A stretch of DNA of 64,000 bases, taken from sequence record OM319461.1, one strand, 5' to 3'. How positions within the stretch are numbered: the first letter of the stretch is position 1; every line of letters starts with the position of its first letter. The position numbers and the translations under genes are program-made. Under the pieces are notes generated by a model, which worked only from the letters and a program-made list of their open reading frames with translations, made no database searches and was not told the origin of the DNA. This document shows, piece after piece, positions 1 through 9,126 of this stretch.

Positions 1-18
1 GATTAGTTTAGTTTTCAT
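1..18 (-). CDS. 5' end of a hypothetical gene running off the left edge (MKTKLI...)
   Basis: ATG at 18 preceded by aaaaggaaacttatc (AGGA SD). Same start cassette as the ORF at 1154. Confidence 0.55.
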
Positions 19-46
19 GATAAGTTTCCTTTTAGGTAAATTTGAA

Positions 47-652
47 TTAGTTTGTTTCTGGCATGCGGAACACGCCGTGGTTTACAGAATAAGCGAGGCG
101 ACTGATAAGGCCATTGATGATGTGGATCATCTTTTCTTTGTCGATGTACATTGAGGTCACAGGACCAAGTGCATTACGCAAAGAACTTAAAGCACACAAT
201 AACGACATCTGTGTCGACAGCATGCGTTTTGTGTCGTCCTGATGAAGATACTCAGTACCAAGGATTTCGATGTTTTGGATTGCCTTGGTTACTTCCTTGT
301 CCTCTGCACGAACAGCGTACAGTGCACTCAGGTGCTTTGTAATCCCAGCCAATACTTCTCGTACGTATTTGTTTGCTACTTTGTTTGCAGCAGACGAAAT
401 GTCCGACTTTTGATCGATTGGGAACGACAGACGCGGAACAACACTAACTGGTTGTTGTGGTACTGCTACTGCCGGCTTAGCTGGAGCTTGTCTTCTGACT
501 ACTCGTGTACGCTTAATTGGTTTTGGTACTTCCTGTGCCTGTGGTTTGGCAGGGGTCTCTTCCTTGACGAGTTTGGTTCGCCTAGGTTCGCCGTGACACA
601 GGACCTCAAAGAAGGACTTAATGGCCTTCCAAAGATTCCTTAAGAATTGCAT
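47..652 (-). CDS. Hypothetical protein (201 aa) with amphipathic N-terminus and P/Q/K-rich linker
   Basis: ORF track; AAGGA SD overlapping the upstream stop; packed into an operon. Confidence 0.85.
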   Translation of the reverse strand: MQFLRNLWKAIKSFFEVLCHGEPRRTKLVKEETPAKPQAQEVPKPIKRTRVVRRQAPAKPAVAVPQQPVSVVPRLSFPIDQKSDISSAANKVANKYVREVLAGITKHLSALYAVRAEDKEVTKAIQNIEILGTEYLHQDDTKRMLSTQMSLLCALSSLRNALGPVTSMYIDKEKMIHIINGLISRLAYSVNHGVFRMPETN

Positions 653-653
653 G

Positions 654-1154
654 TTATGATTCCTTCTTAGTCAACAGACGCAAAGCCGCTTTAGCTTCGT
701 CTGCCAACATGAAATTATTGGTTAGTGTCACATCTTTCTTTGCATGCTTTAAAGCAGCACGAAGAATACGACGAGTAGTTTTGCGAGCAGTTAGATCATG
801 ATCGCACTTTTTAGGAGATGGTAGTTTAAGCAACAGCTCATCGATACGGACACGTGAACGTTTGTCAGTCATAGACAGCTGAAGTTTCTTACCGTTCCAG
901 TTTAGGGCACGCGCCGTGATGATCGAGATCTTTTTAGGTAGAGTCTCGATTACTTTTGCAAATGCATTTACCGCGTCTTTGAGTTCTGCTTCGGCAGGCT
1001 CTTTTTCAAGAGCCTCTGCTAACTTAAGTGACTCGTCGATTTCTTTAGCTTCGCCAAAGATTGTCCAGCCAGTCAGTTTGTGCAACCAACGAAAGACCGT
1101 GCGCTTAATCGTGGTCACAGTATGTTTAACTACTGTTAGTAATTTAGTTTTCAT
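654..1154 (-). CDS. Hypothetical protein (166 aa)
   Basis: ORF track; aaggaaacagatcATG SD. Confidence 0.85.
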   Translation of the reverse strand: MKTKLLTVVKHTVTTIKRTVFRWLHKLTGWTIFGEAKEIDESLKLAEALEKEPAEAELKDAVNAFAKVIETLPKKISIITARALNWNGKKLQLSMTDKRSRVRIDELLLKLPSPKKCDHDLTARKTTRRILRAALKHAKKDVTLTNNFMLADEAKAALRLLTKKES

Positions 1155-1169
1155 GATCTGTTTCCTTAA

Positions 1170-1586
1170 TTAAGCCACTGCCCATTCCTGGATGCGGCGA
1201 CGAAGTGCAGCGGCAGTACAAACAAAGCCAATCATTTCTTCTAGACCAGCCAGGATACGAAGTACCATTAGGTATGCATAACCGTAAATAAAAGTAAAGA
1301 CCGTAGCGAGTGCCACTTCAAATGCCCACATCAGTGGTGATGCAATTAGGCCAATTGGGTTAATCACAAGACATAGCAATGTGAGATAGCGAGCAGTATA
1401 CGCGAATGCTTTGATGGCATTCTTTGGCGATGGTGCGACAACCATAACTCCGATATACTGAACAGCCGCAAATGCACTTTCAAGAATACTGGCGAACACG
1501 CGTTTAACGAAACCTACTACGCCGTTCCATACTGTTTTGGCTGCACGTACTACGATATTGTCTTCTGTATTGATTTTAGTTTTCAT
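1170..1586 (-). CDS. Hypothetical membrane protein (138 aa; start moved to MKTKIN)
   Basis: AGGA SD before ATG 1586; 2-3 hydrophobic segments. Confidence 0.8.
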   Translation of the reverse strand: MKTKINTEDNIVVRAAKTVWNGVVGFVKRVFASILESAFAAVQYIGVMVVAPSPKNAIKAFAYTARYLTLLCLVINPIGLIASPLMWAFEVALATVFTFIYGYAYLMVLRILAGLEEMIGFVCTAAALRRRIQEWAVA

Positions 1587-1664
1587 AATGAGGATCCTCT
1601 TAGGAATTAGTTTTAGTTTGCGCAAAATATATAATCAAGGCCCCGGCCTCGGAACCTTTGTTAT

Positions 1665-1799
1665 TTACTCTGCTACTTGGTGAGTTGTTGTTTCCATTAC
1701 ATGGTTGTTGTATGCTTCTGTGTTGTCTTGACCTACAGTGAAGAATAGTACTACTGCGATAAGACCCATAAGAACTGCATGACCGTTAGTGAATTTCAT
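1665..1799 (-). CDS. Small single-TM or signal-like peptide (44 aa, MKFTNGHAVLMGLIAVVLFFTVGQD...), not in the ORF track
   Basis: GGAG SD (cggagttacttATG), open frame to TAA at 1665-1667, one hydrophobic stretch. Confidence 0.7.
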   Translation of the reverse strand: MKFTNGHAVLMGLIAVVLFFTVGQDNTEAYNNHVMETTTHQVAE

Positions 1800-1853
1800 A
1801 AGTAACTCCGATTGAATAAAAAGAAAAAATGGTTGTCGATAAAGGATAAGTTA

Positions 1854-1881
1854 CCTCCAGGAACCCGAAGGTTCCTGAAGG
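1854..1881 (-). terminator. UUCG-capped stem-loop (terminator or leader hairpin)
   Basis: cctccaggaacc-cgaa-ggttcctgaagg; the U-tract is weak and delayed. Confidence 0.5.
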
Positions 1882-1913
1882 ATTTATTGGATTATATGTT
1901 CTAATCCATGTAG

Positions 1914-1926
1914 GTTATATAGAGAT
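1914..1926 (-). promoter_or_regulatory. Early-type promoter motif ATCTCTATATAAC
   Basis: One of six copies of the motif; resembles the phiKZ early consensus TATATTAC. Confidence 0.7.
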
Positions 1927-1948
1927 AAAGAATCGTTGAAACACAATT

Positions 1949-2371
1949 CTATGCTTGGTATACCTGTATATAGAAGATGATCAATACGGCCAGAACCAGA
2001 ATAGCTCGTCTCGTAAAGAGCATTATCTTCATTGATGTTAGCATACCTTTTAGTTTGGCTGCATGGGCACTCTTAATCATCATCTCTAGTAATGCGAGAT
2101 AACCAAGAAGGAAGCCCATGATCCCACCTGCTTTACCTGGGATCAGATATTCAAACACAGCGAAGCCCAGGATGAATCCGAGCAACGTGATCAGTATAAG
2201 GCAGCCTATTCCTGTACTGATGCTGGTGAGTGATTGGTTCTTACGATTGGCCTTAGAGAAAGGAACCGTAATCATTAGAAACAGAGCCATGAATCCCAAT
2301 AGAGCATGGAAATACATTTCTGTTTGCAGTTGTCCGGTAAAGAACGGAAACACCACATGTAGGTTATTCAT
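1949..2371 (-). CDS. Hypothetical multi-pass membrane protein (140 aa, about 4 TM)
   Basis: AAGGAG SD; four hydrophobic segments. Confidence 0.85.
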   Translation of the reverse strand: MNNLHVVFPFFTGQLQTEMYFHALLGFMALFLMITVPFSKANRKNQSLTSISTGIGCLILITLLGFILGFAVFEYLIPGKAGGIMGFLLGYLALLEMMIKSAHAAKLKGMLTSMKIMLFTRRAILVLAVLIIFYIQVYQA

Positions 2372-2382
2372 ATCCTAACTCC

Positions 2383-3249
2383 TTAGAACGTATGTTTGTT
2401 TGACTGATAAGGATTTGCTTTTGTGAAGTAAACGACCTCACCAGTTTTGCGATCAAAGCCATAATCCAAGAAAAGACTATGTAGTCCTGATTCTGTTGAT
2501 GTGTACGCAGGCATAAAGTACTTAACCCAACTTGGGTGGTTGTTGCTACCTAAGCCACGCCATGAGATAAAGTACGTCGCATGTGTTTTGCGAGTAAGCT
2601 TTCCATCGATGATATCACTAGAGATCTGCCAGATGTCTTTCCATGCTTTCATTTCAGATGGATGCTTCTTGGCTAGCGCAGGAACAAAGGTATCGATCTT
2701 GCCCCATACTACATCTTCAATATCTGTGATGTACGGACCCATGCCAGAATACTGGCCACGTTCTACTACAGCGGCACAAATGTTGTTCTTGTAGAAACGA
2801 CCTTTGTAATCTTCAGTCCAGCCACGTGGATCCACGGCACGGTTTGTGATTGCCCAAGCAATAGTCTCACGTGCTTCTGATGGTTCTCCGTTCGCTTCCG
2901 TAAATGTCGCAATAGCTAGACATAGTTTATTCTGCAACGGAGTTAAAGCAAGCTTTGGTTTATACGGTTCCTTGCCTTGATTGAGTTTCACTGCCAGGTC
3001 ACGGATCTGTTTGTGCGCAATACGCAGACGTTCTTCGTATGCATCTTCGATGCGTTGTTGAATTTCCAAGTCAGACTCAAGTTCTTCTCGTGTTAGTTCT
3101 TCTTGGTTTAACGCAGCGTTCAACTCTACCTTTTCAGAATAGAGGCGATTGATTGTGCTGCTGAACAACAGAACGATTACTAACAATACCCAGGCAGTGA
3201 TGTTGAGTAAATAGAAGTGGCTTGTTTTTACTTGTTTGTACTTTGTCAT
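2383..3249 (-). CDS. Membrane-anchored SleB-like (Hydrolase_2) cell wall hydrolase (288 aa; start moved to MTKYKQ)
   Basis: CLAIATFTEANGE...IAWAITNRA...ICAAVVERGQYS motif; N-terminal TM plus coiled coil; AGGA SD at ATG 3249. Confidence 0.8.
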   Translation of the reverse strand: MTKYKQVKTSHFYLLNITAWVLLVIVLLFSSTINRLYSEKVELNAALNQEELTREELESDLEIQQRIEDAYEERLRIAHKQIRDLAVKLNQGKEPYKPKLALTPLQNKLCLAIATFTEANGEPSEARETIAWAITNRAVDPRGWTEDYKGRFYKNNICAAVVERGQYSGMGPYITDIEDVVWGKIDTFVPALAKKHPSEMKAWKDIWQISSDIIDGKLTRKTHATYFISWRGLGSNNHPSWVKYFMPAYTSTESGLHSLFLDYGFDRKTGEVVYFTKANPYQSNKHTF

Positions 3250-3286
3250 CTTAGTGGTTTCCTTTAAATGAATTAATTCCAAGAAG

Positions 3287-3299
3287 GTAATATAGAGAT
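3287..3299 (-). promoter_or_regulatory. Early-type promoter motif ATCTCTATATTAC
   Basis: Exact motif immediately after the portal terminator and upstream of the hydrolase. Confidence 0.75.
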
Positions 3300-3300
3300 A

Positions 3301-3336
3301 AAAAGTGCCTGAGACCTCCGAAGAGATCCCAGACAT
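3301..3336 (-). terminator. Intrinsic terminator of the portal gene
   Basis: 13-bp stem with G-U pairs, UUCG loop, followed by TTTT on the minus strand. Confidence 0.8.
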
Positions 3337-3347
3337 TTTGTTAGTTA

Positions 3348-6122
3348 TTAAGCAAGAGGATCTTCTGTATCAGGATCATCTGGGTCGATGTCTAATTCAG
3401 GATCGTCTTCAGGGTCAGTAACCTCAGGAACTTCCTCAGGTTCCTCTTCTACCCCGGCCAAAGGATCTACTTCATCTGGGTCAGCAGGGTCTTCTTCCTC
3501 TTCACCAGTCAAATCAAAATCAATTGGTTCTTCTTCCTCGCCTAAAGGATCAGGAGTTTCTTCTTCAGCTCCGGCCAAAGGATCTGCTTCCTCTTCCTCT
3601 TCGCCACCTAGTCCCAAGTCAATTGGGTCTTCAGTGACTGTTAGCGGATCGGCAACATCTGGGTCACCAGGTTCATCATCTGTACCTGGCTCCAGGTCAA
3701 GTCCGGTGTCTTCTTCAACAAACGGCTCGCCATCATCACTAAACGGAGTAGCCACGCCAGAGCCGAACACGTCAGCCCCACCAGGGACAGGAGCACCAGG
3801 AATAGGAGCAGCCCCACCAAACCCAGCATTACCAGGATTGCTTCCAGCATCTGTGCCATCAGTATCTTCCTTACGTTTTGGATTATCTAGGTATTTCTGA
3901 ATCAACGCATCGTTGTTATCAATACCTTTAAGAATAGCTTTAACCGTTGGACCGATCGCTTTAAATACCTTACGGTAGTGCTCAGGGATTTCCTTGTTAA
4001 AGCCAGATTCACTATCAGGGTCAATAAGCTCCCAGATTTCCGGTAGGATATTGTTGTCCTTCAAGTAGCGACGTTTGTATGCAGATGCATAGATGTTACG
4101 AATATCATCCAGTTGGTCACGCGTGTATTGACTATCAATACCAGCCATACCACGAAGCATGTCATCGGAAATGATCGATGGGAATACTTCATCAACGAAA
4201 CGAGAAATCTTATCCCAGGCGTCTGCATGTTGTTCTACACGAGACATATCTGCGGTAGGCATAACAATCTCAAGCGAACGAACAAAAGCAGCAGGGTCAG
4301 TAATTCCAGCGTCTTTGATTTCTTTGATGAACTGAGGAGAGAACTCAATTACCCGGCGGATGTAATCCAACAGACATTTCTTAAACTTGCGTTGTTTTGT
4401 CATTGCACGTTTTGCAGACAACAAGTCATTTAGAATTACCTGAGTAGCAAACTCACCCTGTAGGGATTGGTCGATTGCTTCTGGACTTACACCTAGACCA
4501 GCATACTGAAGACGACGCAATTGTTGATCAACTTCGGTATCGATCTGCGTAACACGAGACTTGCCTGAATCAGATAACTCAGTAGATGTTTTCGGGAATG
4601 CCGTACCGCCATCGATTTTAACGCGATATGCGGCTCTCTGAATAGAGGTTACAATTTCCGATGGATTGATAGTACCAATAGGGAAGTTAAGGCTTGTCAT
4701 CTTGCTCAGTTCGTGCAAGACGGTTTCTACGGTTCCTAATTGGTCATCGTCATCTTCATCAAGGGTAATTGCCACATCGGTTACTGGAATAGCATTGTGT
4801 ACTAGATTCATCACACCAGCAATTTGAATGATTGCACGGATAGATGAGTAGTAAGCTGTTTTCTCCAATAGGGAAACACCTTGACCCATGTCGTTGTAAT
4901 CCATGGCCATGTAGCTAACTAGTTTAGCTGGCACAAAGATAAGACGAGTTTTCTTTTGCTTCAAGTGACGATGCAACAGGATACGATAAAAGTTATGGTA
5001 TTCTGAAACGTCTACGTCGCCACGAACAAGACCAGAAGACTTAATCTTTTCACGGATAGGCTTTTCAACAAAGTCAACCCAACGACCCATGAGTTCATCA
5101 AACGACATCTTCGCTTTCTTGTCTTTTGAATCTTCAATAAAGCCAAGGTCTTTGATGATTGTGTACTCGTTAGATGTTTCGTCATGCAGGGCTTTCTTCA
5201 TGCGTGCCAACAGGTCTTTCATAAAGCCCGTGTCTTGACAAGAAGTACCTAGCTGACCACTATCGTCTGCAAGGATATAGTAGCCGTGGTGTTTTGACTT
5301 GTCCGATGGATCTCCGAGTGGCATAACGATATCCGGAGACAAACGAATACGAAGTGCTTGTGTTTGACGCTCGTCTTCGATGATCTCATCAATAACAAGA
5401 CAGCCTTCGTTTTTCTTCTCTGTGTGATCAGTAGCAAATGACATATTTTCAAAGTCAAAACCAGATGACACATTCTTGTTGATGATGTGCTGGCGACAAG
5501 AATCACGATAGAACAACTTGTAGTTATCATGAATACCGTCGATGCCTGCTTTGGTCAATGCCGGGTCAGTGTGTGTATGTACACCAATATCGGCAAACAG
5601 ATCAGTAGCACTTGCTTTGTCAAAGCTTTCTAAATCCATCTGTCCGACAATCGAATCGATCTGTGCAGGAGGAAGGATTAGATGAACTACCGCACCATGA
5701 TCATAAAGAATGTCGCCGAGATAGTCGCCAACTTTTTCTTCTAGCTCTAGGTGGGTATTTAGTACCTCTTGAATACGAGCTACTGCGATTGGGTTTACCT
5801 TGCCAGGATAAAGCACAGGGTTAACACGCAAACGGAATTTAAAATCAGACAGGTCTTTTGGCGCAAGTACTTGCGCCACTGTGATTTCTTTTGCTAGATT
5901 TAGGTCAGGGTGAACTTCCAGAATACCTTTTGCTGTAGACAGCTGTTCTGTACGCTCACTCAATAAAGCACGGATCTGTTGCGTCTTTTGTTTCAGGGAA
6001 GACGAAGGTTTGTCGTCTTTTACATTTCCCTCTGCATCAACAGGACGCAACCCTGCTTTAACTGACTTGGCCGGAACCGGGATTGTCATCGCGGCATCTG
6101 ACCAGTCATTCTTTTTGGACAT
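3348..6122 (-). CDS. Portal protein (phiKZ gp129-like, 924 aa) with acidic C-terminal tail
   Basis: Size, D/E-rich tail, divergent position relative to gp128/gp127-like genes; AAGGAG SD. Confidence 0.8.
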   Translation of the reverse strand: MSKKNDWSDAAMTIPVPAKSVKAGLRPVDAEGNVKDDKPSSSLKQKTQQIRALLSERTEQLSTAKGILEVHPDLNLAKEITVAQVLAPKDLSDFKFRLRVNPVLYPGKVNPIAVARIQEVLNTHLELEEKVGDYLGDILYDHGAVVHLILPPAQIDSIVGQMDLESFDKASATDLFADIGVHTHTDPALTKAGIDGIHDNYKLFYRDSCRQHIINKNVSSGFDFENMSFATDHTEKKNEGCLVIDEIIEDERQTQALRIRLSPDIVMPLGDPSDKSKHHGYYILADDSGQLGTSCQDTGFMKDLLARMKKALHDETSNEYTIIKDLGFIEDSKDKKAKMSFDELMGRWVDFVEKPIREKIKSSGLVRGDVDVSEYHNFYRILLHRHLKQKKTRLIFVPAKLVSYMAMDYNDMGQGVSLLEKTAYYSSIRAIIQIAGVMNLVHNAIPVTDVAITLDEDDDDQLGTVETVLHELSKMTSLNFPIGTINPSEIVTSIQRAAYRVKIDGGTAFPKTSTELSDSGKSRVTQIDTEVDQQLRRLQYAGLGVSPEAIDQSLQGEFATQVILNDLLSAKRAMTKQRKFKKCLLDYIRRVIEFSPQFIKEIKDAGITDPAAFVRSLEIVMPTADMSRVEQHADAWDKISRFVDEVFPSIISDDMLRGMAGIDSQYTRDQLDDIRNIYASAYKRRYLKDNNILPEIWELIDPDSESGFNKEIPEHYRKVFKAIGPTVKAILKGIDNNDALIQKYLDNPKRKEDTDGTDAGSNPGNAGFGGAAPIPGAPVPGGADVFGSGVATPFSDDGEPFVEEDTGLDLEPGTDDEPGDPDVADPLTVTEDPIDLGLGGEEEEEADPLAGAEEETPDPLGEEEEPIDFDLTGEEEEDPADPDEVDPLAGVEEEPEEVPEVTDPEDDPELDIDPDDPDTEDPLA

Positions 6123-6226
6123 GGGGTTTCTCCTTTGTAATTACTAAAAAATTAGTCACCCTAATTAAAAACAATAGTACCGCGGAAGCAAATTCTATAG
6201 TGCTTTAAACACATTCGGAGGGCCTC

Positions 6227-8284
6227 ATGGCTGATCTTTTCGACTCGTACGCCGAGGAATGTAGAGCATTGGCTAGATCATTGGTCATCAAGTTTGACTT
6301 GCAAAACACGCTTGTTAACAAACGTCTATTAGAACTAGGTTATGAAATCACTACCGACCCATCGGGTTGGAAGTATAACCTTAACTTGGCAGGCGAGTAC
6401 CATGAACGCGATGAGTTAATGTATGTTGTTTCGAATGACACACAAGCAACGATTCCGTTTACGAAAGAATCCTTGGCCAATCATCCGCGTACGAAAAGCG
6501 ACTTTCTAAATCGTACCGATAACTACTATCGGGCATTAGAAGACAAGTATCCATTACAGCGTCTTCTTATTAAATCCATCTGTCGTAACATTACGATTCA
6601 TCAGGTGGTAAATGCAAGAGACTTCCAAATTCTCGATTGGGATAGAACCCTAGTCGCCAAGAACGAAGTAAGTCTTATTAAAGATCTACAGGCATGGATC
6701 GATGATTTTGTAGAAGCTAACTGGAACCAAAATGCAGTTATCTCTGATCCAGGTTATCCGGCAGCTTTCTATGCAGTCATGGCACAGCACATTCCAGTCG
6801 TAATAGAAAACCTACGTAAGGCAAAGTCACATACCGTTGAAGCATCACAGTTTCACATCTGGACTTATCTGGCTGGGTTCTATGCACTGGATCGCTATCG
6901 TAATGTTCTGTCTCACGAACAAGCAATCTGGCTATATTACAATATCCGTAATGTTCGCCGCTATCTTGGTCGTACTGACAAGATGAAAGAGTTAATTGAT
7001 GTTCTACTTACAAAGAGTGGACTCAAACTCAATCGTCTTTATTATAGGCAGAACGAAGATGCTATCGACACACAGCTGTTCAAACATAGTTTCTTCTACA
7101 AGCACGACATCCTAGATGAAACGGACAATGCCGAAGAACTTACGTTCGAAGTCATGCGTAAAACGAAAGAGCTCGGTCTTGATAACGAACGTGATTTGAA
7201 AGACGATGTTGACATGCTTATACATCGTGGTAAGTACTCTTCTATCAACGATCGTATTGTTGGCCTAGTAGAAGCAGAGCAGACAGTCACCGATGGCTCT
7301 CAAACAGTAGAAGTTTATCGTAAGCGTTGGGACTATGCCATCTATCTTGCTCATCTCGGTATCTATGAACCAGACATTACTATCCCTCTGCCAAACGGCG
7401 CAGAGCGTACACTGAAACTAAAGGATGCAATCATTCTTTATTTCTTTGCCCAACAAGAAATCCTGGGTGGCGATAGAATTGCTGTACCGACCATTACAAT
7501 TGATTGGCTGGCTCCTACTGGCTATCCATCTTTCTCTTCTCTTCGACGTCTCTTGACGGACAATGTTTCTGACGAAATGATTAATTCGTTTCTTGACAAG
7601 AAACTTGACCTTAAGGTAGACAATGCCCTGGATTTTGAAAATCTCATTCAGCGAGTTATCAATCTGCACCAATGGCAAGAAGTTACATGGGAAAGCCAGA
7701 ACGGACACATGCGTAGAGCAGAGACCGAACAGCTAGCAAATGCCATGTGGAAAACGGTGACTTGTCAGCTTGCCGCTCCAGGTACTATCTACAATGACTG
7801 GCTCAAAACAGTTCAAATAAATAAGTATGACTTTGGTAAGTCAGACTGGACTACGATTGCAGACAATGTCCTTATGGCGGTCACTGGCGAAGAATTAGAA
7901 TCCGGCGGTTTACCAATAAGACAACAATCGATGCTCGATATCTTTGACAGTCTTACAAGTTATACTCTTCGTTATATTGTTGGCGATACAACAGGCAAAG
8001 TACAAAACTTTGAAATTCCAAACATCCATTGGGAAGTAGAACGCTTTATTGTTATCGAAGATCACTACATACCAGTGGGCAGAGTTCACGATACAGACGA
8101 GATGGCTACCGAGCTAACTTACGATGTCTTTATTGAGCTTCCTGATCGTCATCATTACCTAGAAGAACATACCGCAGAATACCTCGTTGAAACTGGCTCT
8201 GAATTATACATCGATGAAAACACCGGTGAGACTCATGAAGTCACAGTTTTAAACCTCGAAAGCTTTGAAGAAATAATCGATTAA
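6227..8284 (+). CDS. Virion structural protein (phiKZ gp128-like, probable baseplate component)
   Basis: 685 aa, GGAGG SD, synteny divergent from the portal. Confidence 0.7.
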   Translation: MADLFDSYAEECRALARSLVIKFDLQNTLVNKRLLELGYEITTDPSGWKYNLNLAGEYHERDELMYVVSNDTQATIPFTKESLANHPRTKSDFLNRTDNYYRALEDKYPLQRLLIKSICRNITIHQVVNARDFQILDWDRTLVAKNEVSLIKDLQAWIDDFVEANWNQNAVISDPGYPAAFYAVMAQHIPVVIENLRKAKSHTVEASQFHIWTYLAGFYALDRYRNVLSHEQAIWLYYNIRNVRRYLGRTDKMKELIDVLLTKSGLKLNRLYYRQNEDAIDTQLFKHSFFYKHDILDETDNAEELTFEVMRKTKELGLDNERDLKDDVDMLIHRGKYSSINDRIVGLVEAEQTVTDGSQTVEVYRKRWDYAIYLAHLGIYEPDITIPLPNGAERTLKLKDAIILYFFAQQEILGGDRIAVPTITIDWLAPTGYPSFSSLRRLLTDNVSDEMINSFLDKKLDLKVDNALDFENLIQRVINLHQWQEVTWESQNGHMRRAETEQLANAMWKTVTCQLAAPGTIYNDWLKTVQINKYDFGKSDWTTIADNVLMAVTGEELESGGLPIRQQSMLDIFDSLTSYTLRYIVGDTTGKVQNFEIPNIHWEVERFIVIEDHYIPVGRVHDTDEMATELTYDVFIELPDRHHYLEEHTAEYLVETGSELYIDENTGETHEVTVLNLESFEEIID

Positions 8285-8295
8285 GGATTAGAAAA

Positions 8296-9126
8296 ATGGC
8301 TAATACAACTGTTAAAACCTTTTGGTGGGCTCAATTGGAAGCTGCCCGCCGTCCAGGTAACACATACGTCCCTATGGACTTCTCTACACTAAATGGCTAC
8401 TTCAAAATTGAAGATGGTGCTGCTCTTGCTCAAGACGAGTTCCCAGAACCAAAGCTGTTGGTAATCGGCCGTGGTGGTCACGAGAATGAAGGTCTTGACA
8501 TCACCAACACAAAACAACACCGTGTAAACAATGCTCGTCTATTTGAACATCTTCCGTTTGTACTGCGAGAAGTAAACGACGACTTGGAAGATGACGAACG
8601 TCTTAAGTATCGTTTACGTCGCCTAGAGAACTACAACGGTAAAGATTACTTTGCTTACTATGCAAAAGTTCTTAACCCAATCAGTTCTGGTGCAGGCGGT
8701 GAACAACTAACGGTTAATGCTGATGGTGAAATCGAACGTAAACCTTATGTTCCAACAATTGCTCAGTACGACCCACAACCTGTATCTATGGTAGATGGCG
8801 AAGTAAACAGCGCGACAGATACTTACCTTTCTGTTTCTGACATCCAAGAGATTGTTATTACTCCTGCTGAGATTCAAGACATTCTTGATGCGGTGGACAT
8901 CATCTATGGTGACCGTCGTAAAGCAGTAATCTCAGAAATGGGTATTGCAAGTTCATTTGATCGCCCTACGAGTTCATCTGCTGGTGGTATCTCTGCGAAC
9001 TATACAGAAGCTATCGGCTCTCAAATCTGTTCGTTCCTTGGCGGTAGTCGTCGTGAACTAGAATCTCAGAATACTGAAATTCGTTTGCGTCTACGTGGTG
9101 GTAATACTCTGCCTCTACTATCATAA
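8296..9126 (+). CDS. Virion structural protein (phiKZ gp127-like)
   Basis: 276 aa; IGRGGH and RLFEHLPFVLREVNDDL motifs; synteny. Confidence 0.7.
   Translation: MANTTVKTFWWAQLEAARRPGNTYVPMDFSTLNGYFKIEDGAALAQDEFPEPKLLVIGRGGHENEGLDITNTKQHRVNNARLFEHLPFVLREVNDDLEDDERLKYRLRRLENYNGKDYFAYYAKVLNPISSGAGGEQLTVNADGEIERKPYVPTIAQYDPQPVSMVDGEVNSATDTYLSVSDIQEIVITPAEIQDILDAVDIIYGDRRKAVISEMGIASSFDRPTSSSAGGISANYTEAIGSQICSFLGGSRRELESQNTEIRLRLRGGNTLPLLS

Noticed and set aside
3250-3336. ORF-track N-terminal extension of the hydrolase (MSGISSEV...)
   Set aside because: It runs through the portal terminator and the promoter motif; the SD supports ATG 3249.
3388-3900. 170-aa Ser/Gly-rich ORF on the plus strand
   Set aside because: Antisense shadow of the GAA/GAT-rich portal tail; no SD or independent signal.
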